Part shown: in pieces, positions 1-9,921 of the stretch
How the letters are laid out: each line of letters begins with the position of its first letter
Numbering within the stretch: position 1 is the first letter of the stretch
Assembly (NCBI GenBank): GCA_008690995.1
Contig: VRMN01000005.1
Span: 62,001-126,000, forward strand
DNA: 64,000 nt
From: Porphyridium purpureum
Lineage: Eukaryota
Direction: 5' to 3'
Program-made: the position numbers and the translations under genes
The notes under the pieces: generated by a model
Databases searched by the model: none
Seen by the model: only the letters and a program-made list of their open reading frames with translations
Told to the model about the DNA's origin: nothing

Positions 1-21
1 AAACAGCCTCAAAAACCATAC

Positions 22-990
22 TTAAAACTTGGCATCGATCACCTTCTTGATCTCGTCGTACATGACCAGCACCAGCGCACCGCCCGCACCACGCAGGACG
101 TTCGACAGCGCGCCCTTGAAGAAAGCGTTGAGTCCTTCGTTCACATAGATCTTCTTCCAGCAGTCCATGGTGCCGTTGTACATCTTTTCCTTACCACCGG
201 CCTGCATCATCAATCGACGACGCACGGTGTCAAACGGATACGAAATCACACCAGACAATGAGGTCACAACCTGGGCGACCACCCACTTGGCAAGCACGCT
301 AGCAGACTTCTCATCCTCGAACAGCATACCCTTGGCAGTATCGTACAAGCCAAAGTACGCACCTCGGTACACGATGATGCCCTGCACCGACACACCAAAG
401 CCCTGGTAGAGCGCCATCGGGCCGCCTCGCTTGACGGTCTTGCCCAGGCAGTCAAGGAGACCCGAGAACTCGCGCTCGTGAGACTTTCCAACGTCGGCGG
501 CGAGGCGCGTTCGGGCAAAGTCAAGCGGGTACACAATGAGCAGCGACGCGGCACCGGCCGCGCCACCCGATGCAATATTTGTCAGGAAGAATTTGAACGA
601 CTCGGTCTTTGGGTTGTACTTGGGGAACATCTTCTTGAAGGTATCCTTGAACGCAAAGTTGAAAGCCTGGGTGGGGAAGTAGCGGATCACGTTTGCGGTG
701 TTTCCGCGCCAGAAGGACAAGAAGCCCTGCTCGGCCGACACGCGGGTGAAGCAGTTGGCGATGCCGGTGTATCTTGGAATCTCGCCCGACTTGATGCGCG
801 GGTTTGCGTCCTGCGTCTGCAGCAGCAGCTTGACGCGCTCGATCGGCGCGACGAGCGTCTTGCTGATGCCTCCGGCCGTGCCTCCCGCCGCCAGATCCAT
901 CAGGAACTTGGTTGTGTTGAACGGCTTCTTCTCCTCCGCCGGCGCCGCCGCGCGCATCGACGCCCCCATGCTTGCCACGAAGCCCGCCAT
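22..990 (-). CDS. AAC: Mitochondrial ADP/ATP carrier (adenine nucleotide translocase)
   Basis: Three mitochondrial-carrier repeats ([34 protein letters not shown]), the RRRxMM ANT signature and [21 protein letters not shown]. Confidence 0.97.
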   Translation of the reverse strand: MAGFVASMGASMRAAAPAEEKKPFNTTKFLMDLAAGGTAGGISKTLVAPIERVKLLLQTQDANPRIKSGEIPRYTGIANCFTRVSAEQGFLSFWRGNTANVIRYFPTQAFNFAFKDTFKKMFPKYNPKTESFKFFLTNIASGGAAGAASLLIVYPLDFARTRLAADVGKSHEREFSGLLDCLGKTVKRGGPMALYQGFGVSVQGIIVYRGAYFGLYDTAKGMLFEDEKSASVLAKWVVAQVVTSLSGVISYPFDTVRRRLMMQAGGKEKMYNGTMDCWKKIYVNEGLNAFFKGALSNVLRGAGGALVLVMYDEIKKVIDAKF

Positions 991-1031
991 CTCTTCTGAT
1001 CCTTCTCTCTCCCTAACCCCTACTCACAACC

Positions 1032-1057
1032 CACACACACACACACACACACACACA
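1032..1057. repeat. (CA)n microsatellite in the AAC 5' region
   Basis: About 13 CA units read directly. Confidence 0.9.
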
Positions 1058-1705
1058 ACCCCCTCCCTCCCTCTTCCCTTTCCCCCCCGTCCCTTAGTCT
1101 CCCCCACCGCGCGCCTAACACCTTACTCCTCACACGCCGTTTGTTTCCGTGCCCGTTTGCGCCGCACGCACGCACCGAAGCCAGCCGCCGGTTTTAATCC
1201 ACGCGCGGCAGTTCAAACGCCCGCCACAAACGTGTCGCTACTGGGCACGCCGCGCGCGTTTCCACCAAAAACACGCCATTTTAGTATAGCGCCTGCGCAC
1301 AGCACGGGACAAAAAAGGATTTAAAAAAAGAATGAAAAAAAGGAAACCGTCTCGCGGCCGACACGGTACACGCCGCACTGTGCGCATGTGCGCCGTGGCA
1401 GACAGTGCGCGCTGTGCATTTGGCGCTGTGATGCCGAAGCAGAGCAGGGGTGACACTCTGCTTGCCTGCACTGGTGTGGCATGTGGCGTATGTGTCGCAA
1501 CCGTTGTGATACTCATGATCGTCCGACGCTGTCCTCTCCATTCTTCAAAAGCTCTCTCACTCTCTCTCTGGACCACTCCACACCAGACGCACAGCGACGG
1601 TCCCTGCTCGGAGTAATTGCCGGACGCAACGCACTCGGCGATGACTCCTTTCAGTTCATGCAGTCTCGCGCGCGTCGCCGCGCTTCGGGAGGCGATGTAC
1701 GGTGC

Positions 1706-3871
1706 TTACATTGGAACCGACGCAGCTGATTGGAGAAAGGCTTCGAGCGCGTCGACGCATGACGGGAGCGACACACATGCCCCTGTGCGGTGCGTCACGT
1801 CAAACGCTGGTTGAAGAAGGTCCTGTTCAGCAACAAGCAAAGCGCCAGTACCGAGGCCGTGGAACGTGGTCTGCTTAACGCCCGACAACGGCAAGGTCGA
1901 TGGATACGGAGCGAACGCCGTATCGAGGACAGATGCGAACACGCTCTGCCACGCGAGACTCACACCGCTCTCGTAGCATGAGCTGAGAACGAGCTGGACA
2001 GAGGGGTGTGAGGCGCGTGAAGACTTACAAATATGAACAAGTTCACTGTAACCCTGCATAAGAAGTGGTTTCAGTACCAAGCCACCGAGCAACTCGGGAG
2101 GCATGCGCGCGACCAATGCCGCTTGCTTGGCGTGCCAGGGCACCAGCGACTCGTCCAACGCGTAGCACAAGCCGCTTTCACGCATGCATGCGATGGAATC
2201 CTCGTCATACTCAGCGAGCGGTTCTTCCACGTACTCGATGCAGCCACGCAGGCTGGGCTCCAACCGGTGAGTGAACGCGTGGAGGTCTGCCAAACTCCAC
2301 GTTTGGTTGACGTCTAGTCGAAGCCTGGTCTCTGGTGGCAAAAGCGACGCAATTCTGTGCACGAGCGACGCATCTTGGTCTACTGCTTGCGCGCCGATCT
2401 TGAGTTTGAGAACATGGAACCCTTGCTCATGCAATGCACGGAGCTCGCTCAGCGCAGAACCATTGGTTCCTGTGAATCGAGGCACCACTCCATTCACATG
2501 AATACGCGCCGCAGCATGGTTTTGGCGGTTCGGGTCTGTCGGGACCACAAACCCACAAAGCGCGGATAATGCCTGCACCCATGTCAAGCACGAGGGCCGG
2601 TGCTGAATCACAAGCGTGAGCAACGCCATCTCGAGGCCTGTACGCACAGACGCCGGGAGAGCAGGCTCAGCGCACAGGTCATCGACCAGCTCTCTCATAG
2701 CGTGATCGTCTAGACGAAACCTCCCAGGTAGTAGACGTCCTGCGAGCTTTCGACCAGTCCGAATACCAGGTAAGACCCCAGTATCTATGATGCGCCTAGC
2801 CTCCTCCAATGACTCGACGGAAAACCCTGGGAGCGGCGCAACATCTCCAACTCCTGCTCGATGCGCGGATTTCAAAACGAGCAGCGAACCGTCGCGGTCC
2901 GAGATTAAATGATCGGCGTCGAGTTGAATTGGGCGCAGAAGCCCAATCGAGTAGTCTCTGCGGCAGCCGTCAATGACACTCACTGCACATTCCGGGTAAA
3001 CGCTACCTCCATACATCCACAAGAACGCTTCAATGTTGCACGCCAGTATTTCTGCTGCTTGGTGGACCACGTTGTGACCTGCGCCTGGTATTCCGAGCAC
3101 CACGCGAGCGTATGTTTGCACAGTATGCGAGGCGGCGACTTGCGTGTACTTCTTGTCGTCCTGGCCGAACGCATACATTAATGGAACACCAGTCAGCGCG
3201 CTCGGTAGGTCCACATACTTTTGCCGTGCCGGCGAGTAGACGTGCATTGCGCATGCCATGTCAGCGCCCTTGTTCCGCTGAGATCGAGTCTTCACGACAG
3301 AGTCCATGAATGTCTGGTCACGACTCAGCGACCCCCACATGGGCATTTGGTACCATTCGCTTGCCAGGAATGCGTGCATTTGGGTGGGCGTACCGAATGA
3401 CTCCAGTCTCGAGGTCAGATTATCGTCCTTCTGCATTCGTGCTGTGCGTTCCTTCTCGTCCATGTGCCCCAAACCTGCGCTCAATAGCACTGCGCATTCG
3501 ACTTGAATCGGCACGGACTCGTCCTTTCCTGTGCCTTGACATAAGATGTTCAGTATCTCGACTAGCACGCGGCCACCGAGAGAGTATCCAACCAGCACGA
3601 TCCGATGCAGATTGAGTTGGACGCACGTGTTCAGTACCATGTGCGCGGCACCGCACACGCTGTCTGTGCGGATTTTTGCAGAGTCCCCGTGGAAAGGTAG
3701 GTCGAGCGCCACCGCGCGATGCCTCGTATCCAATACTTCCACAAGCTCGCGCCAATCCTCCTTGGCCCCGAACATTCCGTGCAGGAGCACCAGCACGGGA
3801 GCGGCATCGTGCTCGCCCGATACTTGCTCATTGCGCGAGTCTCTCGCACGATACAGCTCATATGCGAGCAT
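1706..3871 (-). CDS. menH-menC: Bifunctional MenH (SHCHC synthase, alpha/beta hydrolase) - MenC (o-succinylbenzoate synthase) fusion
   Basis: The N-half has LLHGMFG, LDLPFHG, the GYSLGG nucleophile elbow, WYQMPMW, GQDDKKY and AGHNVVH. The C-half has GDVAPLPGFS.E, KLKIG, RLDVNQ, YVEEP, ALDESL and VLKP. The first in-frame ATG is at 3871; the ORF track starts at TTG 3931. Confidence 0.88.
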   Translation of the reverse strand: MLAYELYRARDSRNEQVSGEHDAAPVLVLLHGMFGAKEDWRELVEVLDTRHRAVALDLPFHGDSAKIRTDSVCGAAHMVLNTCVQLNLHRIVLVGYSLGGRVLVEILNILCQGTGKDESVPIQVECAVLLSAGLGHMDEKERTARMQKDDNLTSRLESFGTPTQMHAFLASEWYQMPMWGSLSRDQTFMDSVVKTRSQRNKGADMACAMHVYSPARQKYVDLPSALTGVPLMYAFGQDDKKYTQVAASHTVQTYARVVLGIPGAGHNVVHQAAEILACNIEAFLWMYGGSVYPECAVSVIDGCRRDYSIGLLRPIQLDADHLISDRDGSLLVLKSAHRAGVGDVAPLPGFSVESLEEARRIIDTGVLPGIRTGRKLAGRLLPGRFRLDDHAMRELVDDLCAEPALPASVRTGLEMALLTLVIQHRPSCLTWVQALSALCGFVVPTDPNRQNHAAARIHVNGVVPRFTGTNGSALSELRALHEQGFHVLKLKIGAQAVDQDASLVHRIASLLPPETRLRLDVNQTWSLADLHAFTHRLEPSLRGCIEYVEEPLAEYDEDSIACMRESGLCYALDESLVPWHAKQAALVARMPPELLGGLVLKPLLMQGYSELVHICKSSRASHPSVQLVLSSCYESGVSLAWQSVFASVLDTAFAPYPSTLPLSGVKQTTFHGLGTGALLVAEQDLLQPAFDVTHRTGACVSLPSCVDALEAFLQSAASVPM

Positions 3872-3939
3872 GTCACGCTGGCCCCGTTCATTCCCCAACG
3901 AGGCACCGAGAAACCATCGTCGCCGCAGCAAGCAAGCTT

Positions 3940-4449
3940 TTATTTGTGAGCAGGTCGTGGGGGTTTGGACAAGTCAAAGTCGTCGTCCGTTTGAGCAATC
4001 TGCTGCAGTTCGAGTTCATGCTCTCGCGCCAATTCCAATAGCGCGTCTTCGCTGAGCAAGAGTCGTTTCTCGGCGGTCTGGAGCGCACGCTCGAGAAAGA
4101 CAATTCGCGCTTTCATGGCAGCACTGCTCGAATTTGAAGATGCTGCTGATACAGGTCCTGAGCCTGCCTCTTTGGTGAAGATGGCATTGTCCTGCTCGAG
4201 CCGATGAACGAGGCTCTGAGCTGCTTCGAGCTCTGCGCGCAACTCGTTCACTTGACGACTAGACATCTGGGCCTCAAAGCGCTCAATTCCGCGCGCCAGC
4301 TTTTCCGTGGCATGTGCCACGTGCAGCTCATACAGCTCTGCTTCCACAAGAGCGCGGCGCCATTCTGCGGCTGCTGTGTCGTGGCGTGTGCGGCGCAGCA
4401 GACTTTGCCGCTGTGCCGCCATTTCACTTTGGTCGACCACCATCGCCAT
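3940..4449 (-). CDS. Hypothetical coiled-coil protein
   Basis: 169-aa ORF from ATG 4449 with heptad, E/L/A/R-rich helices; no family recognised. Confidence 0.55.
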   Translation of the reverse strand: MAMVVDQSEMAAQRQSLLRRTRHDTAAAEWRRALVEAELYELHVAHATEKLARGIERFEAQMSSRQVNELRAELEAAQSLVHRLEQDNAIFTKEAGSGPVSAASSNSSSAAMKARIVFLERALQTAEKRLLLSEDALLELAREHELELQQIAQTDDDFDLSKPPRPAHK

Positions 4450-4570
4450 TTCGGGAGACAAGAAACTACGGATATGTCAAACTGACGTGGACGACGAGAT
4501 GCTGGCCGAGTTCAAGGCGTACTTTGTGAAGGCCACGGGATCTGAAAATGCTTGTTCAGCCAGCGCTGCC

Positions 4571-4618
4571 GCCACGGCTACAGCTACGGCTACAGCTACG
4601 GCTACAGCTACGGCTACC
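4571..4618. repeat. (GCTACR)n hexamer tandem repeat
   Basis: About 8 units alternating gctaca/gctacg. Confidence 0.9.
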
Positions 4619-4912
4619 GCTGTCACCTTCAACTCGCCCTGGCTTGAACTGAGCGCAAGTCCAACTTTTCGAAAATTTGAACCGAAGAATAGTACATTTA
4701 GGCGCTTCCACGAGCAAGTTGTAAGACATGCCTGCCACGATTGATAAAAGCCCAGCAGCGAAGGAGTGGCCAATGGGGCGGCAGGGAGGGCTGCCGAAAG
4801 TATGCCCCTACAGCTGAAGCGATGGCGGACCAAGTTCGAAAGCGTGACCGAAATCTAGGAAAAGTTAGTGTGTTGTTTTTCTTACAGTTGATGATGCTAC
4901 GGGCGTCTGAAT

Positions 4913-5629
4913 CTAGGAGAGCAGGAAGTCTCGAGTGGTGCGCAGCTCTCGAGGCACGATGAAAAGTTCAAAGTTGAGTAACGCGAGCAGCTGGCGCTCC
5001 ATTGCGTTGAGGTCAGACACTTCGTCGAGCCCGCCAAGCAGTGCCATATCTGCCGCTGAGTACACATTGTCCTCAACGTACTTCATGCCGAGGTTCACAG
5101 CAGTCAGCACGACGCGATGTACATTTCTTGAAGTCAGTAGGAAGGTCGAGTGCAGTTCGCTCAGTCGCTTCAGATAGATCATTGCAGCCGCAAAGGATTC
5201 TGGGGTGACATCGAGGTACCGCCATAACCGGTTCAAGTAACTCTGGAGGTCAATTTCAGGCTTGTCCGCGCCCCAAAACACGCTGGTATTTTCAGACGCT
5301 CGCGGGGACCCTGACCGCATTTCGTTCAGAGCAATCTGATCGTTCAAGAGCATGCAAATGTTGTTCAGGAACCGCTCTTGGTCCGAGTCTGCGATGCGGT
5401 ATCCGACATCGCACGAACCAATTGTGCTCACGCTGTCCACCGACGGAAAGCGGGTCTCAAAGTTGCTGGAAAACTTAGTTGTCGCTGTCGCCAAGCTGTC
5501 CGCACCTGCGGACTTCCGTGACACGTGTGGCCGCGTGCCCGAACTCCTCGCCGTCGCTTTGCCGAACACCGGCCGCATGTATTGCAGCTCCCCGGTGCAG
5601 ACCGAGAAGCTATTCACACTAGGAGGCAT
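4913..5629 (-). CDS. Cyclin, PHO80/PCL (cyclin-U/P) type
   Basis: KPEIDLQSYLNRL..Y, AMIYLKRL, LTSRNVHRVVLTAV..GMKYVED..YS, GG...DLNAMERQLL..LNFEL. Confidence 0.9.
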   Translation of the reverse strand: MPPSVNSFSVCTGELQYMRPVFGKATARSSGTRPHVSRKSAGADSLATATTKFSSNFETRFPSVDSVSTIGSCDVGYRIADSDQERFLNNICMLLNDQIALNEMRSGSPRASENTSVFWGADKPEIDLQSYLNRLWRYLDVTPESFAAAMIYLKRLSELHSTFLLTSRNVHRVVLTAVNLGMKYVEDNVYSAADMALLGGLDEVSDLNAMERQLLALLNFELFIVPRELRTTRDFLLS

Positions 5630-6189
5630 CTCTCCACTATCGAATACTGCTGTCGCTTCACACCCTGACTCACTCGACCAAGAACACGCATGCAGCCTTC
5701 ATTTACGCCAACGCTCGTACCCCGCCAATTCCGATTTTCCACGCTGCTTCCTCTCCCCGTTTATATACATGGCCATCGCCAAGCTCCCAGCCAGTCCGAA
5801 ATTCAACTACCAAACCCAGTTGGCCACGGAAGGAGCAAATCGCGAGCGGCAACTGAGAGGCGACACCGCACACTGTTCATTCATTCATCGTTCCATCGTT
5901 CCTCCTTGCACTGACGCGTGTCCTCTCTCCTACGCGACACACACAAACAATCACAGCCACGCAGACAGCCACGCAGACACAGAGACGACGCACACCCACA
6001 CACGCAGAAGCGTATCTGGTGCTCTCCTACTCGACTCACACACACGCACACACACACGTGCTCTCTGGCTCTCTTGCTCACACCCGTGCACGAACACGCA
6101 CTTGCAGCTCGTCTGATTTCGCGTCCTGCTTTGAATTCGAACGCGTCATCGTCCCCCAATACACCGTCATCGGGCCGTGCCCGTTGTGG

Positions 6190-6241
6190 AAATCAAAAAT
6201 CAAAAATCAAAAGTCAAACGTCAAACGTCAGAAGTCAAACG
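6190..6241. repeat. Degenerate heptamer tandem repeat (AAAATCA/AAACGTC)
   Basis: aatcaaaaatcaaaaatcaaaagtcaaacgtcaaacgtcagaagtcaaac lies in the divergent cyclin/YqgF spacer. Confidence 0.75.
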
Positions 6242-6573
6242 CCTCAAGTTTAAGAAAAACATCTATGAAACCAGACCAAAATAATCACACAATCGACAAA
6301 ATCAGGCTAGGGTTTGTGGTTCGTCTTTGGTTTGTACTCTAGCGCGCACGTGCAGTGGAAGCGTCCAACGTTTCTGTTCATGTTTATATTTAGCCGCACG
6401 CACGTGGTCTTCGGCTGCACTGTACCGAGAAGGTTCTGGACGTACAGTTAAGGTTCTGTGGTGACTGAACTTGGGTGTACATGCGACGTCGCGGGGAGCG
6501 ATGGTGCGCGGCGTGAAGAGCCGGGTTGAGACTAGAAGCAGACGTGGGTTGTGAGGATCCACGCGCGTGTTCG

Positions 6574-7692
6574 ATGCTGTGGCACAGGACAAGAGAGCTG
6601 AAGGGATGGTTGGATGCTGTCAACGCGTCTCGCGGTCGCTCGCGCCCAGTGCTGGGCATTGACTACGGCACGTGGATGATCGGCCTCGCTGTTTCTGACC
6701 CAACGTACGTTTTGGCATAGGCTCACCGCTTGCGCTTGCGTCGATCGCGTCGGTTTCGGCGCTCTCGTCCTGGCTCTTGGTCTGTAGCGAGGCCAGCAGA
6801 GGAAGAAATACAAACACAAGGTTACACTCCCTGGCGGCTCATGCACATGCTAAGCATTCCATACCGACCGGATATTTTTTACTTGTGACAGCAAACAAAC
6901 CGAGCGCTTGCGGAGATCCATTGCGAGTCTCGCGCAGCACGTTGTCTTGTGAGATCGCTCGCAGCGCTCGGACATTCACCGGATGTGTAGTAGAGTTGCC
7001 TGATTGCGTATAGGCTCGGAAGGGACTCACACGTTTCTCATCTTCGTTTCTCGCTGTTTCTCTCTGTCACTTTCTCATTTTCCTGGTTTTGTGCCATTCA
7101 CTTGCGACGCCCAGTTGGAGATTTGTCTTTCCGCGGCCCAGCATTGTCACGCAGAAGAGCGGCGCCCACTTTGACGAGATTGCCGCCGTGTGCAAGGAGC
7201 ACGACGTGGGTTCGTGCGTTGTGGGGTACCCAGTCGACTTGCGCGGCCAAGCGGGCGCGCGGTGCCTTGGAATCGAACGGTTTGTGGAAAGCCTTGCCCA
7301 GAGCTGCGCCTTTGACACGGGCATTCTGTGGGACGAACGGTTTTCCTCTGTGACAGCGAGAAAGATCGTTGGCAGCGCAAAGTTGAAAGCAGCTCGCAAG
7401 GCAACAACTCCGAAGCGCGTCAAGGCCGCGACGAAGAGCGCCATAGACCAGGTAAGTACGATCCGCGTCCGCGGTGCAAGCGTTAGCCCCGTATCCCACA
7501 TTTCCAGAGCAGTAAGCTGACGTAGATTTTATGGCGCTTGCCTTGCTGTGCTTTCCTTGTCGTGGAAAGTGGTCAGCCGTTGTGATTTTGCAAGACGTCC
7601 TAGACGCCGTTGCTGTGCTAGAGACCCCCACGTGCAAAACGGCGCACGATGCTGAGCCGAATTCGCGCCCAAGAGCAGGTGCAGGAGCGTGA
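6574..7692 (+). CDS. yqgF: YqgF/RuvX-family RNase H-fold nuclease, 3 exons (6574-6704, 7115-7451, 7570-7692)
   Basis: The motifs VLGIDYG..IGLAVSD, VVGYP, WDERFSS and IDQ|WSAVVILQDVLD join in frame using introns 6705-7114 (GTACGT..CCAG) and 7452-7569 (GTAAGT..AAAG, with branch-like GCTGAC). Confidence 0.85.
6812..6977 (+). ncRNA. Candidate intronic box H/ACA snoRNA
   Basis: Hairpin 1 is CACAAG(6815-20)/CTTGTG(6882-87), followed by an H box ACAGCA (6888-93). Hairpin 2 is CCGAGCGC(6900-07)/GCGCTCGG(6964-71) with an upper GATC/GATC stem 15 nt before ACA (6972-74). Confidence 0.75.
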
Positions 7693-8275
7693 GTTGCTTC
7701 TTGGGATAGCTGGAACTAGTGCTTCGTGGCATGAACAGTACGCGCATTCGCGCACCATCTATATTGGCGGTCTGCAACCGCATCTTTCCGCATCGGACAT
7801 TGGTGCAGTGTTTGAACAGTATGGTGCTGTTGAGCACGTGCACATCGTGAAGGACAGAACGACAGGCGAACCCCGCGGCTTTGGCTTTCTGACGTACGTG
7901 GACCAGCGCAGCACGGTTCTAGCCGTAGATAATCTGAATGGTATCGAGCTTGCCGGGCAGCGGCTGTTTGTCAATCATGCGGATCACCAGCACGTTCGAC
8001 TTGATGACGGCACGAATAATGCGAGTCCGCAGCCGATGACATCTGCGACTGTCTCTGACTCTCTAGAGCAAGCAGCCGAACGCATTGCTCGAGCTGTTGG
8101 CCACGAACGTGAGCTACTACCCCAGACGCAAGCCGGCTCAGGGTATCCCGTCGTTCGCGCAAACGATGGCAGCGAGCATGACTTTGCGTCTGCTCGCGAC
8201 AGGGTATTCGTAAAACTTGCCGAACGCCGTAAACGGCAGCGAGGAGACGATGTCGACGGCCCGTCTATACCATAG
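7649..8275 (+). CDS. RBMX2: RBMX2/Ist3(Snu17) RRM protein of the spliceosomal RES complex
   Basis: ERELLLG...SWHEQY..S..IYIGGL, VFEQYG, GFGFLTY.DQRSTVLAVDNLNGI. Confidence 0.93.
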   Translation: MLSRIRAQEQVQERELLLGIAGTSASWHEQYAHSRTIYIGGLQPHLSASDIGAVFEQYGAVEHVHIVKDRTTGEPRGFGFLTYVDQRSTVLAVDNLNGIELAGQRLFVNHADHQHVRLDDGTNNASPQPMTSATVSDSLEQAAERIARAVGHERELLPQTQAGSGYPVVRANDGSEHDFASARDRVFVKLAERRKRQRGDDVDGPSIP

Positions 8276-8879
8276 GAAACATAGCTGCTCATGATCCCAG
8301 ATGGACGCTGCACATTGCCAGAGCGCTGTGGCCTCGTTCTTCTGCTTCTGACTGGATAGCTGTAGAAAATGGTGACTTGATATCCACATGTTTCGATTTG
8401 CTCGGCACATTCATGTTTGTCAGAACGTCACGAAATGGCAAGACAAGCATGTGTACCACACCTGATCTGTGGAACCGATAAGCCTTTGCGCTTTGCTCCG
8501 ATCCACCATGCGCGCAAATCTACATATGCATTGTAGATGCGTCCACCATTCACACGTGCATCCCAGAATCGATCACTGCCAGGACATTCAACACTCGCGC
8601 CACGACCGGTCGCGGATCAGTACACCAACTGTACCTTATAGATGTACAGTGATGTGTGTCGGGGTACAAGACGAACACCAATTCTTAACAAAACCGACTT
8701 TTTCAATTGCTAGTGTACTATTCACTGAACACCCGAGTGGATCATCACCAGAAAGAGCGCGGGAGCGGCGCGGCGGTAGACAGGTGTGCGCGTGGATGGG
8801 GGCTGCTGGTGTTGGCGTGGAGAGAGAGAGGTGCTTGTGGAGGTGGTGGAGGTGGGAAATCGGCGTGTGGAGGCGTGGA

Positions 8880-9314
8880 ATGCTGCCATTGGCAACACTG
8901 ATCACTTTGTATTGGGGCGGGGTCTTTGCATGCCTGGCCGTGCTGCTGTTCATCACCGTGTACACCTTGATCTTGTTCTCCGACTTGCTGATCGACTACA
9001 TCAATCCGCTCGAACTTTGTGACCGCGTCAACCAGCTCGCGCTCCCAGAGTTCGCGGTGCACGCCCTGATCACCTGTGGTCTGCTCGTGCGCTACCATTA
9101 CTTCTTTTTCGTGGCAAACCTGCCGCTGTGTGTGTACCACGTGCGTGCGTACGCGGACCGCTCGTGTTTTCTCGAAAGCAACACCGTCTTTGCAGAGCTC
9201 CCAAGACGCCGCAAAGTCACCGAGACAAAACTCGCATTCTACGTCTGCTTGTTTTTGCTGTACGTAGCTAGCTTTGTGTCGTCTTTGATACGCCACGATG
9301 GCGCAGTCGCTTGA
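8880..9314 (+). CDS. Cornichon (ER-derived vesicle cargo receptor, Erv14-like)
   Basis: LILFSDL..DYINPLELCDRVNQLALPE, three hydrophobic helices, KLAFY; ATG at 8880. Confidence 0.92.
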   Translation: MLPLATLITLYWGGVFACLAVLLFITVYTLILFSDLLIDYINPLELCDRVNQLALPEFAVHALITCGLLVRYHYFFFVANLPLCVYHVRAYADRSCFLESNTVFAELPRRRKVTETKLAFYVCLFLLYVASFVSSLIRHDGAVA

Positions 9315-9865
9315 GGTAGTGCATGGCCTAGCTCCAGCAGCCTTCATCCAGGCTGGCCAAAGTGCAGTCATGGGGCGCTCACATGCTGTCAGGCGAGCGA
9401 TGACTTTGCACTCGGGGTCACGACACGCACGAACAGCACATGCGGAGCTTTCTCGCTCAGTCGTGTCGTCCCGGGGTAGACGGGCCGCGCCGCTCCACAT
9501 GTCGGCGGATGACGATGAGCTTCCAAAGTTTGGATGGACTCACGGTGCTGAGATCCTGAACGGTAGAATTGCCATGCTGGCATTTCTTCTAGGGTGTCTC
9601 ACGCAGGCGATCAATGCCGACCACCCGACGTTTCTGGTACGTGAATTGTGATCATTTCCGGTGTGTTCCTGTTTCTGTGGTGTACAATCTGCTGGAGGAC
9701 GTGTCCTTTTCTAACATATGACACATTTCGAATCGTTTTGAACATTTACACGTGACTTTACGCTCCTTTCCTTTACTTTCTCTTGCAACACAAATGGACT
9801 CTTGCAACATACAGGAGCAAATTATGGCAATTCCGGCTTTTGTGGAATCGCTACCGCACTTCTAG
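9298..9865 (+). CDS. One-helix LHC-like protein (HLIP/OHP family), plastid-targeted; intron 9637-9814
   Basis: The chlorophyll-binding motif FGW..GAEILNGRIAMLAF follows an S/R/A-rich transit peptide. A GTACGT...ACAG intron gives the C-terminus EQIMAIPAFVESLPHF*. The start could be 9298 or 9370. Confidence 0.8.
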
Positions 9866-9921
9866 GCGCGCGCGCGCATGAGTGTGTGTGCCGCTCGGTG
9901 CCAGCTTGTCGCTCTGTGCGT

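Noticed and set aside
4307..4744. + strand ORF containing a poly(AT) dipeptide run
   Set aside because: Overlaps the coiled-coil ORF antisense, owes its distinctive part to the hexamer microsatellite and has no family signal.
6481..6516. Upstream in-frame ATG for yqgF
   Set aside because: Closed by TGA at 6514, so at most a uORF. ATG 6574 gives a normal-length N-terminus.
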